A stretch of DNA of 48,824 bases from NCBI GenBank assembly GCA_032718475.1, contig JAUCBJ010000214.1, positions 1 through 48,824 of the forward strand, written 5' to 3'. This document shows, one piece after another, positions 11,001 through 22,145 of this stretch (positions are counted from its first letter, which is position 1; the number at the start of each line of letters is the position of its first letter). This DNA comes from Nemertoderma westbladi (lineage: Eukaryota > Animalia > Xenacoelomorpha). Under the pieces are notes generated by a model. That model was given only the letters and a program-made list of their open reading frames with translations, was not told where the DNA came from and made no database searches. Made by a program: the position numbers and the translations under genes.

Positions 11001-13287
11001 CCAGGAATACCTGGCTCTACATGCGGGCTGACTACACATGGCACTCCGGGAATACCTGGCTCTCCATGCGGGCTGACTACACATGGCACTCGGGAATACC
11101 TGGCTCTACATGCGGGCTGACTACACATGGCCAGGCCCGTATCGTGCGGGGGGGCTTTGGGGGCACTGCCCCCCCAGAGAAGTCTCACTGCCCCCCCAGA
11201 CATGTCTTGTTCACTCGTCTTGTTCACAATTAATTAATAATATTATTGTTGTTGTTGACCCCAGTGATCAATATTATTGGATACACATTGATACACTTAT
11301 AATAGGATACACACTTATAATAATTGATACACACTTCTACACACTGACCTACACCCCACCATCCCATTTTGGTCCAATTATATAATACTACATGACATTA
11401 ACCTACCTGTAATTACTAAAAATACCCGAAAGCTCCAGGTTCTCCTCTCGTTGGCTACCAGGGGTTGTTTATTGTTGACCCATTGTCTATTTGTCTGTAA
11501 TTTGGGAGCCAGCTCGCTGCAGCTAAAAGTCTAGGCGCTGAGGGTTGCTTGCGCTGGTATCCATATCTATAATTTGTTGTAACTTAACCTTAACCATATT
11601 ATACCTGAAGTGGGTCCTTCGCGCAGCACGTGACATAATCTTATGTAAGTGCCAACGCGAAAGAAATATAAGCAAAATCTAAGCAGATGCCCCTTGATAA
11701 CTTTACACCTAGAGGCAGTCTGGAAATCTGCAGTCGATTTAAGACCTCAGAAAAAGATTAAATGACACAGCAAAATGGTCTGGTACAATTCTGCCAAGTT
11801 TCCGCTGAAACGGATTAAAAGCAAAGAAATGGGAGGACATTTAATGCTTAGAAATCTAGCCATCTAGCGGGAGACTGCTGAACTGTTGGTGTAAAAAGTC
11901 GCTAAATAATGTCACGTTTTGGACATATTTATGCCTACAAATTTTTAATTCGACAGCTTTAATTCTGACAAAGTTATTTGAATGTTACGTTAATGAAATC
12001 GTTACGTCAACAACTATTTGCCATTATTGACATACTCCTTAACAGTGTCAGTTCGCCAAGGTTCCGCCAATTTCGTGGCTTGCCCCACACGCTCTTCAAC
12101 AATATTGACTTTACTTTATGTACTAAATTAACTCTCACTTTGCACTATGCTCCCACAAACCCAGTTAAGGGTTTGCCCCCCCAGATTTGGCCTCTGCCCC
12201 CCCAGATATTATGATCACCATACGGGCCTGCACATGGCACTCCGGGAATACCTGGCTCTACATGCGGGCTGACTACACGTGGCACTCCTGGAATACCTGG
12301 CTCTACATGCGGGCTGACAACACATGGCACTCCGGGAATACCTGGCTCTACATGCGGGATAACTACACATGGCACTCCTAGAATACCTGGCTCTACATGC
12401 GGGCTGACTACACATGGCACTCCGGAAATACCTGGTTCTACATGCGGGCTGACTACACACGGCACTCCTGGAATACCTGGCTCTACATACGGGCTGACTA
12501 CACATGGCACTCCGGGTTGTCCGCCCACTTGTGCCTTGTCAATTCTACACCACCGCATTAGTCTCGCATTTAACAGGAGATGGTACACCTTGGCTAATGT
12601 AGACATTATAGAGATCCCGCGATAGTTCCCGCAGGCCATCCTACGTCCTGACTTAAATAATACCAAGAGTTTACTGCAACGCCAACTTTCAGGGTACCAA
12701 TTAAATTGGAAGACGGAGTTCAGTTTTACACAGGATTTTACCTCCTTTTTGTTCAGGAGACACGAAGGAGAAGGAAGTTTTCAGTACGTATTTTTTCCCT
12801 TCCTGGCCAAATAATAAACAGTGATTTAACTTGGCAAAAACATTATTTTCTTTGCGACTTGCGTACCTGAGGATTTAAATAACAAAGTGCGGGAACTGGA
12901 GCCTAGGCTACATGCACGGGGAATTTACAAATGTAAAACAAGTCGAGCTACTGTAATCAGGCACGGATCCAGAGTAATTTTTAATTTATTAATATTTTTT
13001 GGGAGATGGGTCAAACGTTAACAAAGATATAACTCAGAATGGGGATATGGGGGCTGTGCCACCCATTGGTGCGGAGCCCCTGGGGTGGGCGTGAAGTCCC
13101 CGGTATTTGATCCAAACGCAGTTTCGTTTATAGCTTCTTTCTACTAATATACATTGTCTGCGCTATCTTATTTTCGAAATTTTGTCTGATTAATATGATT
13201 TATATTACCTGGAAGAGGTGCAATATCACTTGCAGCTACAACATGGACCATCACTACGGCAATGGCTAGACCGGTTAGACCATTCAT
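4798..13287 (-). CDS. Secreted triple-ShKT-domain protein with a 6-Cys C-terminal module, 211 aa, 5 exons (13287-13209, 10256-10134, 9976-9845, 9550-9416, 4964-4798)
   Basis: Exons of 79+123+132+135+167 = 636 nt join through GT-AG phase-1 introns into one open frame from ATG to TGA: MNGLTGLAIAVVMVHVVAASDIAPLPDCANLIDRNVYCEEWADLGQCDVNPDYMLENCAASCHGCEDPCLQLPDETPLCSGWAFIGDCEANPGYMLINCQTSCNICDLDPPFCIEEADFDTNTCHFWAHHTGQCEANPGFMYSYCQTSCDKCDDGPVLEIDALGDACRAACASSALMEPFCGTLPVWFSIPCQLVVPVLGSVCSDFCGLLD. Confidence 0.85.
5005..9400. repeat. Intronic minisatellite of about 60 units of 64-80 bp: constant ~45-bp core plus variable (ATCA)n segment; the core is derived from ShKT coding sequence
   Basis: Core caactggacttacaataagaacacatccatccagggttatctgtatc is repeated throughout. 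On the minus strand it reads NPGWMCSYCKSS*. Confidence 0.95.
9416..9550 (-). CDS. Exon 4 of the ShKT gene: ShKT domain 3
   Basis: ttctacag|...|gtaagt, 135 nt. CIEEADFDTNTCHFWAHHTGQCEANPGFMYSYCQTSCDKC matches the ShKT pattern C..C..WA..G.C..NP.(F/Y)M...C..SC..C. Confidence 0.92.
9845..9976 (-). CDS. Exon 3 of the ShKT gene: ShKT domain 2
   Basis: tttatttacag|...|gttagt, 132 nt. Encodes CLQLPDETPLCSGWAFIGDCEANPGYMLINCQTSCNIC. Confidence 0.9.
10134..10256 (-). CDS. Exon 2 of the ShKT gene: ShKT domain 1
   Basis: tttcag|...|gttagt, 123 nt. Encodes CANLIDRNVYCEEWADLGQCDVNPDYMLENCAASCHGC. Confidence 0.9.
10325..11131. repeat. 45-bp GC-rich minisatellite, left part (intron 1 of the ShKT gene)
   Basis: Unit cacatggcactccgggaatacctggctctacatgcgggctgacta, about 18 copies, some 44 bp. 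Confidence 0.95.
11132..12230. mobile_element. Non-autonomous hAT-superfamily DNA transposon (1099 bp)
   Basis: TIRs caggcccgtatcgtg / caccatacgggcctg (14 of 15 match). 8-bp TSD cacatggc at 11124-11131 and 12231-12238. No transposase ORF. Confidence 0.92.
12231..12516. repeat. 45-bp minisatellite, right part (about 6 copies)
   Basis: The same unit as 10325-11131 resumes after the hAT TSD. Confidence 0.95.
12517..12727 (-). mobile_element. LINE reverse transcriptase fragment (start of the RT domain)
   Basis: LNSVFQFNWYPESWRCSKLLVLFKSG...CGNYRGISIMSTLAKVY..LL..RL matches the non-LTR RT P..W......K.G.....NYR.IS motif. Confidence 0.88.
13209..13287 (-). CDS. Exon 1 of the ShKT gene: signal peptide
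   Basis: ccacgATG, then MNGLTGLAIAVVMVHVVAA-SDIAPLP (hydrophobic core, VAA cleavage site). Donor CAG|gtaata is in phase 1 and fits exon 2. Confidence 0.8.
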
Positions 13288-13413
13288 CGTGGATATTTTG
13301 CACGGAGACGGTTGAAGAGATAAACAACGAGTGGAAGTTTTCTTTTCAGATTTTTAACTTGAAAAACTTTAAGTTGTGATAAGTAACTTGTTGCTAACGA
13401 ACGGTGCCGTCAG

Positions 13414-13424
13414 CATATATAGAT
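13414..13424 (-). promoter_or_regulatory. Candidate TATA box of the ShKT gene
   Basis: CTATATAT on the minus strand about 130 bp upstream of the ATG. Positional inference only. Confidence 0.35.
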
Positions 13425-13922
13425 GATTTTTGCGTGGGCTGGCAACACATGTAGTTCCATTTGCACGTGGCATGATGCAATAAATAATTGGGATATTATA
13501 GTAGGCCCCTACGCGTTGCGGTGAACCAGTGCCTTTGTGTTCTCTATGCGTTTGTAATGCGCTTTGTTTTAATCAGCACCGATTATATCGCCTCAATTAT
13601 TGCTTGTAAAACTACAGTAAACGCCTTGATGTGGCAATTACGCGGTGTATGCTTTGCGCCATGAACTGAGATCGGTCTGCATTATTGCTGCACTAAATCT
13701 TAATCCATCAAAGCAGCTTCAAAGGGTAGGTGCTAAAATGCACAATGAGCAACAACGAGCAACAACGAGCATCAATCAAATTGAAAATATATTTTCATAT
13801 AAACCGTTAGCAAATCATCAAAAGGATGCGTCCAATATCAAATATTAAGTCAAATATTAAGTTCTCCTTAACGAGTAGGGCCCTTCCTTTGGATATTACC
13901 GGAGCCAGATAAATATATATTA

Positions 13923-14625
13923 GTGGTTGAGGAGTGTGATATTCCCAGAGCGCGCGACTTATTCCGCAAACATGGAATCCGGGTGGAAGGAAGAGGAATT
14001 ATAAAGGGGACCCGTTCTCTAGGTGGTTTCGTGGGGGATGCAACCCTTCAAGCGGAGTATATTCCCAGTAAAGTAGCGGTTTGGGAATCGTTGGTACTAA
14101 CACTTTCCAAAGCTTCCACAAACCAACCTCAGGCTGCATATGCAGCTTTCACCAGGAGTTTGCAAAGTGAATTGGACTATTTACAGAGTGTTGTACCGGT
14201 GGGATCTGAGGATTCCACTGCACTATATGCACCTCTAGAGAAAGTAATTTCCGCTACTTTCAACCCTTCTGTCCTTGGTAGCCCTATGTCAACCTCAGAG
14301 CGAGAACTTTTTGAGTTACCTGTGCGTTTTGGTGGTTTGGCCATTCAGAATCCAAGTAACACAGCGACACCATCATATACTGCTTCCCGTGAGGGAACTG
14401 CAGTAGCAGTTGCAGCAATTAAAGGAATTTAAGCTGCCTGAAGGAAGCCCAGTACAACCTTCGGTACCAGAAGAAAAATAAGACTGAGGCAGTGCTTGGA
14501 ATTGTAACAGGCTTCACACCAGACAGAGTGAGAACAAATGAACGTGATTCTTCCGAACGGGCTTCTGGTTGGCTAACGGTAGCTCCAGTGGCGCGCCACC
14601 AATTCAATTTCTCTGCTGTGGCGAA
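13923..14625 (+). mobile_element. Fragment of a CRE-like (restriction-like-endonuclease type) non-LTR retrotransposon: end of RT and downstream region
   Basis: LGGFVGD..KV..W..., PQAAYAAFTRSLQ.E..YLQ, ERELFELPVRFGGL.I.NP and ASGWL are typical of this clade. The frame is broken after 14432. Confidence 0.75.
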
Positions 14626-14664
14626 GTTTTTAGTACATCCCACGCGCTTTACTGTAATGCAGTT

Positions 14665-15160
14665 TCCTGTCCAGTTTCCAGGTAAGGCCAAAAAGAGACC
14701 CAGGGCAATCCCGATGAATCCCTTGTTTGGCTTTATGTCTGCCAATGTCACCGCAAACTCCCTTTCTGTGAACGGGTCATCAAGACACGGGACATATGGG
14801 GCATCACTGAGGTCCACAGTCTCTATAGGCTTAACTGAACGCTGACTATCCCACAACAAGTTCTCGAAATGTGACTTGAAGCACATATCTTCTATGGCAT
14901 GGTTTTGCTTGTCGTGTTATCCTGTTCTAAAAAACCCTTCCAATTTATAGTTGTCCAAATTGATTTTGGATCATTCCCCGACACCAGGCGCTCCCATCTA
15001 GATTTATCAGAATGGACTGTGTCTGTTCTAGCGAACAGGTTCTAGCAGCTACATCGATGGTACGAAAAGTCTGACGTACGCATTCATCTGAAGCCTCTTC
15101 TGAATTCACATTCAGTGGTGGCGGGTTTATCGAGGTCATTAATTGTGTAAATCTTTCGCA
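14665..15160 (-). mobile_element. LINE ORF2 fragment immediately N-terminal to the RT core
   Basis: FKSHFENL...PCLDDPFTEREF...IKPNKGFIG...LF..LPGNW. Colinear with the 12517-12727 fragment. Confidence 0.75.
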
Positions 15161-15257
15161 GTTTACTCTACTATGAGATAGGGTTCGCGGGGTAGCATCA
15201 GTTCCCTGTGATCTCTCACATATACTTATACTCAGAGTTTCAGATTTTTTTTTTTTG

Positions 15258-16370
15258 ATAATGCTATGCTATACAGTTATTATTGTAACGTGCTATAATG
15301 CTATGCTACAGTATACAGGTATTAATGTGACGTGCTATAATGCTGTGCTACAGTATACATTTATTAATGTAACGTGCTATAATGCTATGCTATACAGTTA
15401 TTAATGTAACGTGCTATAATGCTATGCTATATAGTTATTAATGTAACGTGCTATAATGCTATGCTACAGTATACAGTTATTAATGTAACGTGCTATAATG
15501 CTACACTATACAGTTATTAATGTAACGTGCTATAATGCTACACTATACAGTTATTATTGTAACGTGCTATAATGCTATGCTATACAGTTATTAATGTAAC
15601 GTGCTATAATGCTATGCTAAACATTTATTAATGTAACGTGCTATAATGCTATGCTATACAGTTAATGTTTTAACGTGCTATAATGCTATGCTATACAGTT
15701 ATTAATGTAACGTGCTATAATGCTATGCTACAGCATACAGTTATTATTGTAACGTGCTAAAATGCTATGCTATACAGTTATTATTGTAACGTGTTATAAT
15801 GCTATGCTATACAGTTATTATTTTAACGTGCTATGATACTATGCTATACAGCTATTATTGTAACGTGCTATAATGCTATGCTATACAGTTATTATTGTAA
15901 CGTGATATAATGCTATGCTATACAGTTATTAATGTAACGTGCTATAATGCTATGCTATACAGTTATTATTGTAACGTGCTATCATGCTATGCTATACAAT
16001 TATTAATGTAACATGCTATGATGCTATGCTATACAGTTATTAATGTAACGTGCTATAATGCTATGCTATACAGTTATTATTGTAACATGCTATGATGCTA
16101 TGCTATACATACAGTTATTAATGTAACGTGCTATAATGCTATGCTATACAATTATTAATGTAACGTGCTATGATGCTATGCTATACAGTTATTAATGTAA
16201 CGTGCTATAATGCTATGCTATACAGTTATTATTGTAACATGCTATGATGCTATGCTATACATACAGTTATTAATGTAACGTGCTATAATGCTATGCTATA
16301 CAGATATTATTGTAACGTGCTATGATGCTATGGTATACAGTTATTAATGTAATGTGCTATAATGCTATGC
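15258..16370. repeat. AT-rich 37/42-bp satellite, array 1
   Basis: Unit gttattaatgtaacgtgctataatgctatgctataca, with or without cagta. Confidence 0.95.
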
Positions 16371-16988
16371 GTTAATATTGTTTTGCTAAGCAGTGGTGGA
16401 AAAAATATATGCGCTCATTTGACTTGACTTGTTGACTTGAGGCTTTATTTGATTTTTAGTACAAATTGATGAGTTTCCCTCTTTTGGTTGCTTCCGGTTA
16501 CAAACATCCAATAATGGTATGTTCAGCACTCCTGTTTTCCATACCTCACCAACCGCAACCTAGTCGATTGATAACTTCTACAGTATACATCATATACAGT
16601 TAAACAGGTAGGGCCTTATGTCTTGATTATTGCTGTTCTGCATTGTCTATTCATTGTTACTTTGCTCTGTATTAGCCCCAATTGCGTTGCTGCCTAGAAT
16701 GCTGTTAAATAAATTTTTTTTTGATCTTCAAACAAACTCAATTCTTTAGATGTTGCAATTAAAAGCAACCAATTGTCTTTTGAAGTTATAAGTTTATTCT
16801 TTCAATGAAGTTACTTGTAAGGGTTTCTAAACGGTCATTGTTAGTAAAATTACTTTAAACCAAAAGGCAACAAGGGAGTTCCAACAATTAATAGTTAACT
16901 GCTGTATGCACAGTACTGTACAGTAGCAGCTGCTCAATCAAAGAGAATGAGACATTCAGAACAAAGAGAACATTCGTTGTCCTACAGT
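16371..16988. repeat. ~618-bp segment duplicated at 21454-22070
   Basis: Near-identical from gttaatattg to gtcctacagt. Each copy directly follows a 37-bp satellite array. Confidence 0.92.
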
Positions 16989-17641
16989 TTCATTCGTTGT
17001 CAGTTGATGGGACTCACGCGCCACAAGCCGATGGAGGGGAAAAAGTTCCGAGAGGAATACGGTGCGGGACTTGCGGATTCACTCAAGTGGGGGGCGAGAC
17101 GGGGAGAGACAAGCCATATCACATATATATAAAATATAAAATACGTACTATAGTCAAGTACAACCTTTTTCCAATTAGCTACTGGGACTAATTGACTAGA
17201 ACAGGAGGACGAGACATTAGAAGGATCCCATTTCTCAAGTGCGGCCGCACTAATGAGAATGTGGGAGCCCGACAGGAGCGTACAGAGAATGAGAGCAAAG
17301 GGGGTTGAGTATTGGGGAAGTATGGAAGAGGAGGTGTTAGGGTATGGGAGAGTGAAATGGGTGTGAGATTCAAGTATGGGGAGCGAGCATAGAGGGGGAT
17401 GAGTCCCAATGGACTGGCGAGAGAGGAAGGGACAACAAAGTCCGAGAGGAAAACTGTGTGAAGAGTGAGGGTGATCATCTAAAACAGAGACGCCAGATGC
17501 CTTGGTACAGCATAGCTCGCAGATGTACCAAGGATGGGTATAATGATAACAGACTCATGGGGGCCGGCCTGGAAAGCCGACCCCGAGAAGAAAATTCCAC
17601 CCCACATCCAATATTAGATTGGATTCCAGCGGAATTGAAGC

Positions 17642-18831
17642 GCACTTAAGGTTGAGGCTATCTTCTCACCGGGAAGATAGCATGGAGGGAGTGTAAGCGG
17701 ATTCAATTCCCTGCACTACCCACCGAAAATGGGATTAGTGGCATTTTACCAATTATAGTTGGCGAGGTGACATTACAAATTATAATGTCACCTCACAACC
17801 AACTAAGGCGATACACGCCATAAGCCACAGAGAGAGTTGAGAGGTCAAACCACCTCAGAGGGACAAACAAGCTAGTAAGGCTAGCACGAGGGATAATGGC
17901 AACAGGGAGTGGCGAGGTGACAATTAATCAGGCTAAGACAATGGTGTCCGGGAAAGCACATTGGGGGTGATTAGAGCGCATCTATTGGATATTCAGGCCA
18001 CTCAGTAGCGCAGAGGCAATTTAATATGTGTCAATGATATTATAACCGTTGTGGTTATTGATTACTAGTTCAGTTGGTTCCTTACAGTTGTGAGACCGGA
18101 ACAGTTTTGACCGTCGTTACTAACCGTTGTATTGCATGCTATTATATTCAGACTGTGCTATTATCGTTTACTGTGATTATTAACACTGACAACTAAACTC
18201 AGTTATTTGGAACGGCCTTCAGCCTACCACACACTACTAGCACTTAAGGTTGAGGCTATCTTCTCACCGGGAAGATAGCATGGAGGGAGTGTAAGCGGAT
18301 TCAATTCCCTGCACTACCCACCGAAAATGGGATTAGTGGCATTTTACCAATTATAGTTGGCGAGGTGACATTACAAATTATAATGTCACCTCACAACCAA
18401 CTAAGGCGATACACGCCATAAGCCACAGAGAGAGTTGAGAGGTCAAACCACCTCAGAGGGACAAACAAGCTAGTAAGGCTAGCACGAGGGATAATGGCAA
18501 CAGGGAGTGGCGAGGTGACAATTAATCAGGCTAAGACAATGGTGTCCGGGAAAGCACATTGGGGGTGATTAGAGCGCATCTATTGGATATTCAGGCCACT
18601 CAGTAGCGCAGAGGCAATTTAATATGTGTCAATGATATTATAACCGTTGTGGTTATTGATTACTAGTTCAGTTGGTTCCTTACAGTTGTGAGACCGGAAC
18701 AGTTTTGACCGTCGTTACTAACCGTTGTATTGCATGCTATTATATTCAGACTGTGCTATTATCGTTTACTGTGATTATTAACACTGACAACTAAACTCAG
18801 TTATTTGGAACGGCCTTCAGCCTACCACACA
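17642..18831. repeat. Tandem duplication with a 598-bp period (17642-18239 / 18240-18831)
   Basis: gcacttaaggttgaggc...cctaccacaca occurs twice head to tail; no differences seen by eye. Confidence 0.93.
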
Positions 18832-18940
18832 TATCCAGTAGACAGCTCAGCAGCCCACGGAAGCGGCGACGCGTATAACACACCGGTCGGGATCTATACT
18901 GCCAACTCCTTGATCCCGTCACACCCCCCCCCCCCCCCCC

Positions 18941-19117
18941 CCTGTCTCCCTGTAAGTTAACATAATTGTTAGGAATTATATAGCGAAAATCAATCAATCG
19001 AATGATACATAACCAGCCTAATTCTAGTAAGCCGATATATTTCATGCTCCCTATGTTTGGGTTATACGCCGCACTAGCTTATTTAGATCTGGTGTTATCT
19101 CGTTTGGCAAATTTAAC
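18941..19117. repeat. ~175-bp segment duplicated at 23240-23412 (right tip of the foldback element plus flank)
   Basis: cctgtctccctgtaagt...ggcaaatttaac is present at both sites. Confidence 0.88.
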
Positions 19118-19382
19118 AACATTGGAGTAGAATGCATTCTTAAACTTCACGAAGGTCAGAACGGTAAAATCGCTCCCTTACTCAGTAGTTTCTCTATATT
19201 CGAGGTATAATTCTATATCGAATCGAATTGATTGGTGTATACGGGTCACTAAACGGGTTACTAGAGTACTACAGTGCTATTATTAGTATTGTACTATTGT
19301 ATTTTGGCTTCAACCATAAGGAGACTGACTCCACTATACTGTAGTTTATTGGTACAACTAAGTTCTTTGTGGATGTTCAGAT

Positions 19383-21453
19383 GTATTAATGTAACGTGCT
19401 ATAATGCTATGCTACAGTATACAGTTATTATTGTAACGTGCTATAATGCTATGCTATACAGTTATTAATGTAACGTGCTATTATGCTATGCTACAGTATA
19501 CATTTATTATTGTAACGTGCTATAATGCTATGCTACAGTATACAGTTATTAATGTAACGTGCTATAATGCTATGCTATACAGTTATTATTGTAACGTGCT
19601 ATAATACTATGCTATACAGTTATTAATGTAACGTGCTATAATGCTATGCTACAGTATACAGTTATTAATGTAACGTGCTATAATGCTATGCTATACAGTA
19701 TTAATGTAACGTGCTATAATGCTATGCTATACAGTTATTAATGTAACGTCCTATAATGCTATGCTACAGTATACAGTTATTATTGTAACGTGCTATAATA
19801 CTATGCTATACAGTTAATAATGTAACGTGCTATAATGCTATGCTATACAGTTATTAATGTAACGTGCTATTGTGCTATGCTACAGTATACATTTATTATT
19901 GTAACGTGCTATAATACTATGCTACAGTATACAGTTATTATTGTAACGTGCTATGATGCTATGATATACAGTTATTATTGTAACGTGCTATAATGCTATG
20001 CTATACAGTTATTAATGTAACGAGCTATTATGCTATGCTACAGTATACAGTTATTATTGTAACGTGCTATAATGCTATGCTACAGTATACAGTTATTATT
20101 GTAACGTGCTATAATGCTATGCTATACAGTTATTATTGTAACGTGCTATAATGCTATGCTATATAGTTATTATTGTAACATGCTATGATGCTACACAATA
20201 CAGTTATTATTGTAACGTGCTATAATGCTATGCTACAGTATACAGTTATTATTGTAACGTGCTATAATACTATGCTATACAGTTAATAATGTAACGTGCT
20301 ATAATGCTATGCTATACAGTTATTAATGTAACGTGCTATTATGCTATGCTACAGTATACATTTATTATTGCAACGTGCTATAATGCTATGCTACAGTATA
20401 CAGTTATTATTGTAACGTGCTATGATGCTATGATATACAGTTATTATTGTAACGTGCTACAATGCTATGCTATACAGTTATTAATGTAACGTGCTATAAT
20501 GCTATGCTACAGTATACAGTTATTATTGTAACGTGCTATAATGCTATGCTATATAGTTATTAATGTAACGTGCTATAATGCTATGCTACAGTATACAGTT
20601 ATTATTGTAACGTGCTATAATGCTATGCTATACAGTTATTATTGTAACGTGCTATAATACTATGCTATACAGTTAATAATGTAACGTGCTATAATGCTAT
20701 GCTATACAGTTATTAATGTAACGTGCTATTATGCTATGCTACAGTATACATTTATTATTGTAACGTGCTATAATGCTATGCTACAGTATACAGTTTGTTA
20801 TTATTGTAACGTGCTATGATGCTATGATATACAGTTATTATTGTAACGTGCTATAATGCTATGCTATACGGTTATAAATGTAACGTGCTATTATGCTATG
20901 CTACAGTATACAGTTATTTTTGTAACGTGCTATAATGCTATGCTATACAGTTATTAATGTAACGTGCTATAATGCTATGCTACAGTATACAGTTATTATT
21001 GTAACGTGCTATAATGCTATGCTATACAGTTATTATTGTAACGTGCTATAATACTATGCTATACAGTTAATAATGTAACGTGCTATAATGCTATGCTATA
21101 CAGTTATTAATGTAACGTGCTATTATGCTATGCTACAGTATACATTTATTATTGTAACATGCTATAATGCTATGCTACAGTATACAGTTTGTTATTATTG
21201 TAACGTGCTATGATGCTATGATATACAGTTATTATTGTAACGTGCTATAATGCTATGCTATACAGTTATTAATGTAACGTGCTATTATGCTATGCTACAG
21301 TATACAGTTATTATTGTAACGTGCTATAATGCTATGCCACAGTATACAGTTATTATTGTAACGTGCTATAATGCTATGCTATATAGTTATTATTGTAACA
21401 TGCTATGATGCTACACTATACAGTTATTAATGTAACGTGCTATAATGCTATGC
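19383..21453. repeat. AT-rich 37/42-bp satellite, array 2
   Basis: Same unit as 15258-16370. Confidence 0.95.
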
Positions 21454-22070
21454 GTTAATATTGTATTGCTAAACAGTGGTGGAAAAAGTATATGAGCTCA
21501 TTTGACTTGACTTGTTGACTTGAGGCTTTAGTTGATTTTTAGTACAAATTAATGAGTTTCCGTCTTTTGGTTGCTTCCGGTTACAAACATCCAATAATGG
21601 TATGTTCAGCACTCCTGTTTTCCATACCTCACCAACCGTAACCTAGTCGATTGATAACTTCTACAGTATACCTCATATACAGTTAGACAGGTAGGGCCTT
21701 ATGTCTTGATTATTGCTGTACTGCATTGTCTATTCATTGTTACTTTGCTCTGTATTAGCCCCAATTGCGTTGCTGTCTAGAATGCTATTCAATGAAATTT
21801 TTTTGATCTTCAAACAAACTCAAATCTTTAGATGTTGCAATTAAAAGCAACCAATTGTCTTTTGAAGTTATAAGTTTATTCTTTCAATGAAGTTACATGT
21901 AAGGGTTTCTAAACGGTCATTGTTAGTAAAATTACTTTAAACCAAAAGGCAACAAGGGAGTTCCAACAATTAATAGTTAACTGCTGTATGCACAGTACTG
22001 TACAGTAGCAGCTGCTCAATCAAAGAGAATGAGACATTCAGAACAAAGAGAACATTCGTTGTCCTACAGT
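21454..22070. repeat. Second copy of the ~618-bp segment
   Basis: Matches 16371-16988. Confidence 0.92.
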
Positions 22071-22145
22071 ATCTTCCAGTTCAGTATGTTAAGTATGAGT
22101 AGCGATGTAACGAATTGGCTACGCCGAGAGAGGGAAGGTACGTAA

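Noticed and set aside
10292-12505. Collagen-like or Cys-rich repeat proteins (GIPG.. / VPCVVSPHVEPG ORFs)
   Set aside because: They are by-products of a 45-bp stop-poor unit open in several frames on both strands, with frameshifting 44-bp units and a transposon insertion.
12958-13110. hAT-like left end (caggcacggatccag plus GC-rich subterminal sequence)
   Set aside because: No matching right TIR or TSD was found, so it is too weak to call.
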